A stretch of 64,000 nt of DNA from Blastocladiella emersonii ATCC 22665. Its lineage: Eukaryota; Fungi; Blastocladiomycota. This document shows positions 1 to 10,057 of this stretch, piece by piece. The position numbers were made by a program, and so were the translations under genes. Every line of letters begins with the position of its first letter. Position 1 is the first letter of the stretch. The notes beneath the pieces are model-generated. The model worked only from the letters and a program-made list of their open reading frames with translations. It had not been told where the DNA came from and ran no database searches. Location of the stretch: contig JANHCV010000001.1 in NCBI GenBank assembly GCA_025594325.1, forward strand, positions 1,488,001-1,552,000, given 5' to 3'.

Positions 1-148
1 CCCGCCGCATTCGATTCCGCGACAGAGTACCGGCGCGCAGCACGAATTTACTCAACCGCCGCCGCGTATCCCGACAGAGACGCAGGGCGCGCACGTTGCG
101 CGAGCCGTCTCCGCTTGGTCTTCTCAGCGGGCGGGCGCCGCTCCTTTT

Positions 149-2503
149 ATGCGGCCGAGCCAGACCCAGAACCCCGCGCAGCAGCAGCCGCCGCCCCTCA
201 TCATGTCGCTTCCGCCCGGTCAGCAGCTTCCCGCGGGCGCCGTCCTCGTTGCCGCGGCGGGTGGCGCCAACGAGGAGTCGACCGCGCTCCGCGAGGACCT
301 CTCCCGGACCAATTCGGAGCTTCTCGCGCGCACGGGCGAGATCGCCATGCTGCGCCAGAATCTCGCGCGGCTCGAGGCGCAGCGCACCCAGTCCGAGACC
401 GAGGCCAACCGTGCCGCTGCCCAGCTTCGCGAACAGCACGAGCGCGAGGTCGCCGACCTTCGCGCCGAAATGGAGCGCATGCGGTCCGAAATGGCCTTCC
501 ACGAACACAACTCGCGCCAGCAGGCGTGGCGTGCCAGCCGCGTCGTCTACTCGCAGCACCCGGCCCAGTCGCAAATGTCGCCGGTTGTGGGCAGCAGGGT
601 CCCGCAATCGCCGGCCCCCTTTTCGCAGTCTCACGCTCGTGGTGCGTGGCCTGGTGCGAGCGGCCTCGGTCGCCGTGATTTGCCGCCACCGGCTCCGCGC
701 TTGACGCAACTCGCAGCGTCACGTCCACCTGGATCCGATAGCCCCGTCCCCGCGCATCCTTCCGCATCGGCATCTTCGGCCATGGATGTGGATGTCGACT
801 CGATGCCGCCACCACCGCTTCCGCCGCCGCCCGCCCCGCTTCCCGCATCCAATGTCGCTGCTGTCGTTCCTGTCGCGCCCGAGCTTCTCGCACCTCCTTC
901 CCCAAGCACGACGGATCGCCCACCTTCGGCGGCCAGTGTCGCTGTGCAAGCCATCAACGAGTCGCTTCCGTCCGCGCCTACCGCTCCTCCAGAACCCATC
1001 CTGATTGCCCTTCGCGACGTTGCCGCTGCCTCGCCGTCCTGCATCTCCGCCAGCGTCCGCGACACCATGTTCATCCTCGCCGCTCGCGGCGACGCGGACG
1101 CGCTCTGCGCCACGTCCGTGTTCCTCAGTACGCTTCTCGGCGCCCAAGCTACCATCGGCTCGCCCACTCTTCCCAATCTTCTCGTCGGGACCGCGCGGGT
1201 CTTGCAGTGGCTCACGGACTCGCTGCGGGCGCGGGGTCTCCTCGCCGGCCTGCTTGACGCGATCCTCGACTACGCCGCGAGCGATCCGCGCCACATCATT
1301 AGTGTGCTTCACGAGGCCATTTGCGCGTGCGCGGCTCACGTCAACCGGCTCCATTACGGCGACGATCGCGCGGCCGCGACGAGTAGCCCGCCCAGCTTGA
1401 CCAAAGGGACCACAAGCACTGCTCCGTCACCGCCGCCACGCGACCGCCTCGAGCCGTGGTACCGCGCCGTGTGTCGCCTGTTTGCCGTCATCGAGTCGAT
1501 TGCCCGCGCCTCGCGCAAGCACCTGTCGCTCGTGGCGCGCGTCGCCGGCCCGTTCTGGCAGCGCAACGAGATCGAGTACCTCGCCAAGGACCGCGACTGG
1601 TCCGACGCCGTCCACGCTGCGCTCGCGCGCTGGATGGTGCTCCTGGTCCAGACGCCGCAGACGATCGCGTCGCTCGCGCACCGCCGGTCCCTCGTCCCGT
1701 TCCTCGGCAAGCTCCTGCGCGTCGACCCGCCGCGCGAGTCGCCCGCCATCGCGCCACCCGCGGACGTTGGTGGTTGCGAGCAGGCGGCCGACAACGCAGA
1801 GCGCGAGTTTGGGATTGCCGCGACGCACGTCGCCGTGCTCGAGGTGTACTCTTGTCTCGCCGCGCACTTTCCCGTGGCCGTGTCGTGGCACTGGATGGCC
1901 GTCGACGGGATCGCCGCGCGGATCGTCGCGGTCCTGCACGACACGGCGAGCCAGCTGCACTCGGCCCCACCAAGCCCCTGCTGCCGCCGCGTGACGCGGA
2001 TGCGGCTCCGCGTCGTGTCGCTCGCGATGCGCATCATCCACTCACTCGCCCTGCGCATGCAGCAGTCGACTATGGCGGACCCGGACGCGCGCCGCGCGGC
2101 GCTCGCGGCCCTCGATGCGCTCGCCAAGGCCGGCGGCGGGATCCCCAGCAACGAGGGGCTCGGGACGGGCGCGCCGACGGCCGCGGCGTTCCCGCTGCTC
2201 CTCGAGGACCTGCTGCGCCAACCGCTCGGCCTGCCCGAGCTCGCCAAGCACAAGCTCATGTCGTCGATTGCCATGGTCCACGCGCTGCCGGGTGCGCCGC
2301 CGTTGCCGAGTGCTTCTGCTGGAGCGGCGAGTTCGGTTGCAGAGCGGAGCGCCGCGCGGAGGCTTCGGCGATCGGATCCAGCAGGAGCGACCGAGGCCGT
2401 CGCGGTGGTCTGCACGCTGGCCAAGGAACTCGAGTCGATGCTCATTTCGACCAAGCACATCAAGGCGCCGATCCCGCCGGCCGATCCCGTAACGGCTTTG
2501 TGA
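149..2503 (+). CDS. ATRIP/Rad26/Ddc2-like ATR-interacting protein (probable)
   Basis: 784-aa ORF. The N-terminal coiled coil ELLARTGEIAMLRQNL...EVADLRAEMERMRSEMAFHE resembles the GEIxILR coiled coil of ATRIP/Rad26. It is followed by a Pro-rich linker and a helical Leu/Ala-rich C-terminal region. Family assignment is from recall. Confidence 0.55.
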   Translation: MRPSQTQNPAQQQPPPLIMSLPPGQQLPAGAVLVAAAGGANEESTALREDLSRTNSELLARTGEIAMLRQNLARLEAQRTQSETEANRAAAQLREQHEREVADLRAEMERMRSEMAFHEHNSRQQAWRASRVVYSQHPAQSQMSPVVGSRVPQSPAPFSQSHARGAWPGASGLGRRDLPPPAPRLTQLAASRPPGSDSPVPAHPSASASSAMDVDVDSMPPPPLPPPPAPLPASNVAAVVPVAPELLAPPSPSTTDRPPSAASVAVQAINESLPSAPTAPPEPILIALRDVAAASPSCISASVRDTMFILAARGDADALCATSVFLSTLLGAQATIGSPTLPNLLVGTARVLQWLTDSLRARGLLAGLLDAILDYAASDPRHIISVLHEAICACAAHVNRLHYGDDRAAATSSPPSLTKGTTSTAPSPPPRDRLEPWYRAVCRLFAVIESIARASRKHLSLVARVAGPFWQRNEIEYLAKDRDWSDAVHAALARWMVLLVQTPQTIASLAHRRSLVPFLGKLLRVDPPRESPAIAPPADVGGCEQAADNAEREFGIAATHVAVLEVYSCLAAHFPVAVSWHWMAVDGIAARIVAVLHDTASQLHSAPPSPCCRRVTRMRLRVVSLAMRIIHSLALRMQQSTMADPDARRAALAALDALAKAGGGIPSNEGLGTGAPTAAAFPLLLEDLLRQPLGLPELAKHKLMSSIAMVHALPGAPPLPSASAGAASSVAERSAARRLRRSDPAGATEAVAVVCTLAKELESMLISTKHIKAPIPPADPVTAL

Positions 2504-3240
2504 CGAACGTGACACTATCTGAATAGCAAACGTATTGATACAACTGTGATCCGTCGCGAGGCAAGTCAGTGTCGCGGTGGCGCAAGCCTCGACTGTCCTC
2601 GCCTTGTACCCGATCTCGCACCACTGACGAACGCGCGAAAGACTTGCTGACCGATACACACGTACTCACTGTGAATTTCGGGCGTCTGCGGAAATCCCGA
2701 TGAGTCTTGGGCGAGGACGAGGAACCTGCAAGCAAACAGAATCGTGCCGATGCGCCACGCACGTGCTCGTGAACGTCGCGTCTCGGCGACCTGTAGCCGG
2801 CTCGGATTCGCCACCAAGTGGGCACGCCGCAATGAAGTCTGATGTTTTCGTGTCCTTCGCAGCAAGGCGCTCACATGTCGTGCTTAAGCGTGGCCAACGG
2901 CATTGCCGCTACGACCCAACGCGTCAGCGACTGAGCTCGCCATGCCATAAGGTCCTCGTGCCACAACGGAGAGGCCATCGCGGACCTGCTGTACCATCAA
3001 GCCGACTCTCTGTACGCCATCGGCGGCTGGTAGACGAGCGATGGTACTGATGGCCACCATGATCGTCACAGCGACAAGAGTCCAATGCTGTAGATCGAGC
3101 CTGCGTTGATGACCAGAACAATTGCACGCCTCTTGGACAATCTGATGATGATGGCCAATAGATCTCGCTTTCGAGCGAGTACGTGAGGCTGGTCGCAGCC
3201 CCTGAACGTGAATTCAGCGAGTAAAGCTCGATTTCTGCGG

Positions 3241-4150
3241 GTGGGAGTGACCATGGCCATCCGACTTGGTGGTTGGCGGATCACCTCCGCCATCAACTCC
3301 TGTATCACCCAACCAAAAAAAATTCGCATCTAGAAGATGCTTTTACTCGAATGCTCATGACCTGAGAGTAAAATCACGGACTAAAACCGAATTTCGGGGG
3401 TGGGGGTGACCATGGCCATCCGACTTTGGGTCGGCCGCCCACCTCCACCATCAACTCCCGCGTCACACAACGCAAAAGAATTCACATCTAAGAGATGCTT
3501 CCACACATTATGGCGAAAGAAGCGAGAATTGGATAAATCTGAAGGTGGGAGTGACCGTGGCCGGCGACCTCCTTCGCGTCAGATCACCTCCACCATCGCC
3601 CCCAAGATCACCTAACTAAAAAAAAAATTCGCATCTTAAAGATGCTTCCACTCAAGAAAATATCTTCGGAGAGTGGAAGCAGTGAGTAAAACACGAATGC
3701 TGGGGATGGGGGTGACCATGACCACCGCCCGACCACCGACTTCCTGGCAGTCAATCGACTCCACCCTCAACTCCCGCGTTACTTAACAAAAAAATTCGCA
3801 TGTTAGAGATGCTTCCACTCACCATGACGGTCCTCCAGGAGCGAAAGAAGCAAGGCTGCGACGAATCCTGGGGGTGGGAGCGACCATGGCCATCGTCCGG
3901 CCACCGACTCCTCCGCCTCCGACCACGTCCACCATCAACACCGGTACCACTAACAAAAAAAAATGGCTTCTTAGAGATGCTTCCACTCAATCAAACAATC
4001 TCGGTGCGCGAAATCGGTGACTAAAACACGAAGCCTGGGGGTGGGGGTGACCGTGGCCAGCGACTAACCACCGACTCTCCCGCTTCCACCATCAACTCCC
4101 GTATCACACAACTCAAAAAAAATTCGCATCTTAGAGATGCTTCCACTCAA
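3241..4150. repeat. Degenerate tandem array of six ~145-168-bp units, each ending in the U6 3' module
   Basis: Units start with GTGGG(A/G)GTGACC-like sequence at 3241, 3400, 3545, 3706, 3874 and 4041. Most carry CCACCATCAACTCC-like sequence. Each has an A7-10 tract (interrupted in unit 2) and TTCGCATC-N5-GATGCTTCCACTC-like sequence, followed by a ~30-40-nt more variable segment. Confidence 0.95.
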
Positions 4151-4181
4151 GAGACAGTGTGTCATCCTTAACGCAGGGACC

Positions 4182-4212
<31 letters not shown>

Positions 4213-4228
4213 GAATGTGCCCTAAGGC
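4115..4228 (-). ncRNA. U6: U6 spliceosomal snRNA (5' end approximate)
   Basis: Minus strand reads GCCTTAGGGCACATTCAAAATTGGAACGATACAGAGAAGATTAGCATGGTCCCTGCGTTAAGGATGACACACTGTCTCTTGAGTGGAAGCATCTCTAAGATGCGAATTTTTTTT. It has a 5' stem-loop, ACAGAGA box, AGC triad, ISL and a T8 Pol III terminator. Confidence 0.93.
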
Positions 4229-5265
4229 GAAGTGTGCGTCGAAAACCGCGTATTTGATGGTTCAGCCGAGTTACACAAGCAACGGTTGTGGGTCCCGGCT
4301 TAGTCTTCTCTGGCGGTGTTTCACACTCTTTGACGGCCCGGCACCGTGGTCTCGGAGGCTGCCGTCAGGGGCCACTTGCACTCCACGTCCGTCGTCCTCC
4401 TGACCTCAGTCCCATAGATGGCCATGAAGCTCGACAGTTGATGCAACCTTTCGGTGCCTGGGACGCTCGCCCACCTTCTGCATGACCGTGCACCGTGTGA
4501 CCATCCCCCGAATCCTTCGCCAGCGACGCCCGCCCGTCGGTCCTCGTTGCCACCATACAAGGGCCCGTCGACAACCGGTCCTTCTATCATACTACATGAA
4601 ACAACTGCTCTCGATGCTGTCCTTGGGAAACCAGGTCGACGTGAGTCGGGGCAGCGGCCCGGGCGAAGTCTCCTGACGGGACCCCCTCGTCCGCCGCTCG
4701 TCTCGCTTCGGCCATGATCCTTCTCTACCCGCAAACTCTCGATGGTATTTGTGCTCTGACAGAGGACTTGGACATCTCCATGCCTCGTTCGGTCCTCCCG
4801 AGTCCGCATCTGCCTTCCGATCAGGCTCGTCGACGCTGCTCCTCGCTGCCCGCTCTTCGGGTCAGGCCCTTCGTGTCATGTTCTCGCCACGGCCGTCGTC
4901 GGCACTGCATCCTGACGTTCTCGCAGCTTGCTCCTACAAGCGGCCCTCTCGGCGTTTGAGCAGCATGCCTAGTCCCTCCTGATGCGACCGCGTACTTCGA
5001 CCGCCGCAAGTCCGCTCGATCCGACCTGATCCGAATATGCGAGACCCGCCATTCTCCATCATACTTGCCAGCCGAGCAACATTCTGGTGGCTATCTGCAA
5101 CACTCGAGCCGCGGTATCGCGCAAGGCTCGTCCAAGTGGACTCCCTCCCACCTTGCTCGCGCGGCGATCTCGTAGCGGCCTCACACCGCTTGTCCTTCAC
5201 AAACCCCTCACTCCTCATCTCACTAGTCCAGCAGCGACTACATCTTACAGCTTACATTCCCGCTT

Positions 5266-7154
5266 TCAGCGGCGACTGAACACGAGCGGCACCTCGACCG
5301 GCCGCGCCGTGATCCCGTACTTGATGGTCGGCACAAAGTCGTGCTTGTCCTCGGGCAGGGCGACGCGGAAGCGGGTGAGCAGGAGGGCGATAAAGACCTT
5401 GAGCTCCATGACGGCAAACGACCGGCCGATGCACGCGCGCGGCCCGTTGATGAAGGGGAGGTACTGCGTCGGCATGATGGTGCGGGTGGCGGCGGGGTTC
5501 GGGTCCTGGCCGGCAAGCTGGATCTCCTTCCACCGGTCGGGGCGAAACGTGTCGGCGTCGTCGCCCCAGATTTCGTGGTCGAGGTGGATCGCTTGCTACA
5601 AACGCGGGTGGGTTGGGTCAGTCTCCTAGTGCCGTCGCGCGCAAACAAACGAAAGCCTGCGTACGATCGGAACGAGCACGGTCGCGCCCTTGGGCAGGAC
5701 CAGCGTGCGGCCGTCCGCGAGCTCGACGGGGGTGTCGGCGAGGGCGGCGCGCGAGACCACGTACGCCGGGCTGTGCACGCGCAGGGCCTCGTTGACGACG
5801 CGCGCGAGCTCGTCGTGCTTGAGGACGGCGTCGATCCACGCCGAGTAGTCGTCGGCCGGGTCCATGCCCGCGAAGGCGTCGCGCAGCGCGGCCGCGAGCG
5901 TGTCCTGGATCGCCGGGTTGCGCGCGAGGTGGTACATGGCCATGGATAGGGCGTTCGACGTGGTTTCATGGCCTGTGGGAAGTGGGCGAGTGAGCCGGGC
6001 GTCGCGACGAGGGGAAAAGGGCGAAGCGTACCGGCCACCAAAAACGTGAGCATCTCGTCGCGGACCTCGACCGCCGACAGCGCGCGGTCGGTGCCGTCGC
6101 CCGCGGCGAGGAGCACGCTGACAAGCGACGTGGCCTCGGACCGGGCCTTGGGCGAGACCGGGTCATCGTTGGCGTCGGCATGCGCCGCGCGGCGCTCCTG
6201 CAGCGACGCGATAATGGACTCGACCTGCGAGAAGACGGTGCGCTGGGCGCGCCAGTAGGTGAGGTTGGCGGGGACCGGGAGCAGCTCAAAGACGGGCAGG
6301 ATCTGCTTGAGGATGCCGAATGCGCTGGCAAAACTGGCCAGGGTCAGGGTGTGGTAGGCGCGGGTGAGCGGCGACTCGGTGTCGTTGAGGGCGTCAAAGT
6401 CGGTGGCGAAAGCTGCATGGTCGAGAGATTAGCTTCGGTCCCGCTTCAAGAGGTACTCGGAGAACGTACAGGTCCGCCCAATGACGTTGAGCGTGAGACT
6501 GGTCGAGAGCTTCTGGAAATCGACCTCTTCCCCGACCCGCGCATCGAGCAGGCGCACGAGCTCCTCGACGCTGTCGACCATGGTCGGGACGAGCCGCTTG
6601 AGCGTGGACAGGTTGAAGACGGGGTTCATGAGCCGGCGGTGGCGCTTGTGGACGTCGCCGTCAATGACGAGGAGGCCCATATCGCCCGTGATCTGGGCAA
6701 TGAACCGGCGCGCGTCGCTCGTCTTGCCGAACGCGTACGACCGCGCGGACAGGATCGTGTGCAGGGCCTTGGGGTCGGTCACGGTGACGTTGCGCCCGCC
6801 GAGCAGGGCGCGGGTCATGTAGACGCGGCCGAGCGTGCGCGTGTGGTGGCGGTGCCACGCGACGATGGACGGGAACTCGCGGAAGCTCGTGGCGTGGCCC
6901 CACAGCCAGCGCTGCAGCAGCGTCGCGGGCGGCGAGGGGAGCGGCTGGCCGTCGAGGGCGAGGGCGCGGTTGGCGCGAGTGCGCGCGGCAATGGACCAGG
7001 CGAGCGAGGTGGTCTTGGCAAGGAAGGCCACGGAGCCGAGGACTGCGAGGAGGCGCAGCGGCGACGCGGCGCGCAGGTGATTGAGCACGGCGAGCAGCGA
7101 GTCGGCGGCGTGGTGCGCGAGGGCGTGCGCCGAGGCGCTCACGGTCGATTCCAT
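5266..7154 (-). CDS. Cytochrome P450 monooxygenase (4 exons)
   Basis: Spliced product has an N-terminal TM anchor, AG|HETT I-helix, NEALR (ExxR), FRPDRW and the FINGPRACIG heme motif. Introns at about 6469-6413, 6031-5973 and 5664-5598. Confidence 0.95.
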
Positions 7155-7305
7155 GGTGTTGCGTCGCGGTTGCGTGAAGTGTCCATGGCAGAGCGGGGAT
7201 GTCGAGGGTTTTTATCCGCGGCAGAGTGGAAGGAGGGTACGGAATCGGGGGCGCGCCGCTCACCTCAGCGAGGTCAGCGACGCGTTCTGACGTGGCGCGC
7301 GTCTC

Positions 7306-7333
7306 GCTGCTGCTGCTGCTGCTGCTGCTGCTG
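7306..7333. repeat. (GCT)9 microsatellite
   Basis: Perfect trinucleotide run upstream of the P450 start. Confidence 0.9.
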
Positions 7334-7439
7334 ACACACGGGCGACTCGAGGCGCCACGTCCTCCCTTGCCTCCGACCTCATGCGGGCGGTCGCTGCGGT
7401 TCGTCTCGAGTTCGTTTATTGAATGGTACAGGATGTGGG

Positions 7440-8384
7440 TTAGCTCGAGGGCACGATATGGCAGCTACACGGACGACGGAGGGCACGGGCGTCAGCCGAG
7501 GTACAGAACTTGGAAACACGAAGGGCGTACCCGAGGAGACCGCGTCCACCCCACTTCCGCGGGGTCAAGCTGAGCGTGAGGGTTTCGGACTCGCGCTGGA
7601 CGATGATGGCGAGTGCGCGCTAGCGGAGTGGGGGGAACGTCAGATCGAAGCGCGAGGCAGCACCGTGTTAGACGACGTACATTCTCGTGCGCAGCGACGA
7701 GTGGTAGGAGAGCCTTGAGCGAGTCGTGATTGGTGGCGTCGAGGGAGCCGAAGCCGAGGATGTGGTCGCCGCGCTTGAGGCCCTGTACAAACGCACAGCG
7801 CAGTCAGTCGTCTGCCATCGCACAGATCCGAGCCCGAAGAAAGCGTACCGCAGCCGAAGCAGGCGAGTCGGGCGACACGGCGTTGACGCGCGCAAACGGA
7901 CGCGTTGGGCGCGACGACGCACCTCCGTTGGCGGGTGGTGCGGCGGCGGGCTCGGCGGGGAACTTGTGCACGTCGAGGAGCGCGGCCTCGATGCGCTTGT
8001 ACATGTCCTTGAGGTCGTTGCGGCGGGCTGGACTCGGATGAGCAACCGTGGTGGGACGGCGAGATTTCAAGGGAGAGAAGGAACGTACAGATGATGTCGG
8101 TGCGCAGCTTGCGGATGGCGTACACATCGACGTCGGCGCGCGGGAAGCCCTGGGCGTCGACGAGCGGGTCGTCCACGCTGACCTTGTGCTGTGCGTTCAG
8201 GGATCGGATCAGTCCCGAGTCAACGCGTGATCGAGGTAGCGGGGAGACGCACGCTCTTGAGCACGTCGTGCATGGTGGTCAGGTCGGCCTCGAGCGCGTC
8301 CTTTTCGGCCATGAGGGCGCGCGCGTGCGCGAGGGCGGCGTCGCGCGACGCGGGCTCGGTGGTTGCGGCGGTTGTGGACATCAT
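7440..8384 (-). CDS. NAS2: 26S proteasome assembly chaperone Nas2/PSMD9 (PDZ), multi-exon
   Basis: Spliced motifs PLVDAQGFPRADVDVYAIRKLR, RNDLKDMYKRIE, PFARVNAVSPDSPASAA|GLKRGD and LTPRKWGGRGLLG|CHIVPSS*. Confidence 0.92.
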
Positions 8385-8793
8385 GGTTGCATGGATCAGG
8401 GGTTTCATTGACAGACAGAGGAGAAAGGGAGGAGAGCAGCACGCAGAAGAAGCTGACGCGAGCGCGCGGCAGGCTCCTGCGTGCGGGCACGTGTGCGCCG
8501 AGCCCACGCGGTCGGTCGCCTCGCTGTGCCGCGCCGTGGCGCCTCCGCCGTCGCGCACTGTGTGGGCGGGCCATCGGCACGGCGCTCCGTCGCCACACGG
8601 CACCCGCACCGACCTCAAACGACCGCGAGACGCGACTGGACGCAACGCACCCGCCCGCCCGCGCCGGCACCACGCATCGACCCTGTCCTGCCGCGGCCGC
8701 GTCCACTGGAGGTGAACGCGCCGCGCCCACTCGGATCCCAACACGCCGATCCACCCGAGCCCTACGCACCACTTGCTCCGTCCTGTCCCCGCC

Positions 8794-9917
8794 ATGGCCT
8801 CGCGCGGCGACGGCCCACCCGACGCGGCCGCCGACCCGGCCGCGCGCGACGTGCCGCTGCTGGCCTCGGCCCAGCTCGACCGCGAGCCCGGCTTCTACTA
8901 CGGCTTCCACGAGGACCGCAACCGCCTCAACCGCCGCACCATGGAGGTGCGTGCTGCTCTACCTTGCTCGCTGCATCATCTCCATGCTCACAACCCCCGA
9001 ATCCACAGGACTCGCACGCCATGGTCGTCAACTTTGCCCGCGTGCATGGCCAGGGCTTCTTTGCCGTGTACGACGGCCACGCCGGGCGCCAGGCCGCGCA
9101 GTGGTGCGGCGAGCACCTGCACGGCGTGCTGGCCGACCTGCTCGACTCGCACCCGGGCACCCCGATCCCGGAGCTGCTCAACGAGACGTTTGAGCGCGCC
9201 GACGCGCTGCTCGCCAACCACGGCATCCACGCCGGGTGCACCGCCGTCGCCTCGCTCATCCACGTCGAGGGCGACCGCCGCGTCCTGTACACGGCCAACG
9301 TCGGCGACGCGCGCGCCGTGCTGTGCCGCAAGGGCCAGGCCATCCGCCTGTCCTACGACCACAAGGGGTGCGACCCGTTCGAGGCCAAGCGCATCACCGA
9401 CGCCGGCGGCTTCGTCCTCAACTCGCGCGTCAACGGCGTGCTCGCCGTGACCCGCTCGCTCGGCGACGCGTCCATGAAGGACCTCGTCGTCGGCAACCCC
9501 TACACCACCGAGGTCGAGCTCACCGCCGACGACGAGTTCCTGATCCTCGCCTGCGACGGCATCTGGGACGTCATGTCCGACCAGGAGGCCGTCAACCTGA
9601 TCCTCGGCCAGCACGAGCCGCAGCAGGCCGCCGAGCTGCTCGTCCACCAGGCTCTCGAGAACATGTCCACCGACAACCTCTCGGCTATCGTCGTGCGCTT
9701 CGTCCACCCGAAGCGGCGACCCTCGCATGCCTCCGCACTCGAGTCGGCCGACTCCGAGGAGATCATCTACGACAACGACGAGACACCGACCCCGCGCAGC
9801 GTCTACGCCGCGCACCGCGCTGCTGCCGCCGCGGGCGCGTCCGCGGCATCGCTGGTGTCCGTCGACGCCGACTCAAGAACAGAAGGTGACGATGCGCCAG
9901 GACCAAGGGACCCATGA
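8794..9917 (+). CDS. PTC1: Protein phosphatase 2C, Ptc1-like
   Basis: RRTME|[43 protein letters not shown] and STDNLS motifs. One intron after exon 1. Confidence 0.93.
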
Positions 9918-10057
9918 TATCGTCTCCCTCTCTCTCTATATTTACCTTGCCTTTCGTCCCTCCCTCCCCCGTTCCCGCCTCATACTCCGACTACTCAAAG
10001 AGATAGTGATTCATTTCAATTGCATGCAGCCCTACTCCTTCGCTGGCACTGACGGTA

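Noticed and set aside
3338-3350. U5 snRNA loop I (CCTTTTAC-like)
   Set aside because: GCTTTTACTC is simply the variant of the array's GCTTCCACTC module, and no U5 stem or Sm site is present.
3241-4150. CRISPR array or CRISPR-like spacer acquisition
   Set aside because: Repeats are long and degenerate, the variable segments are homologous to each other in an A/B pattern, there are no cas genes, and the context is eukaryotic.
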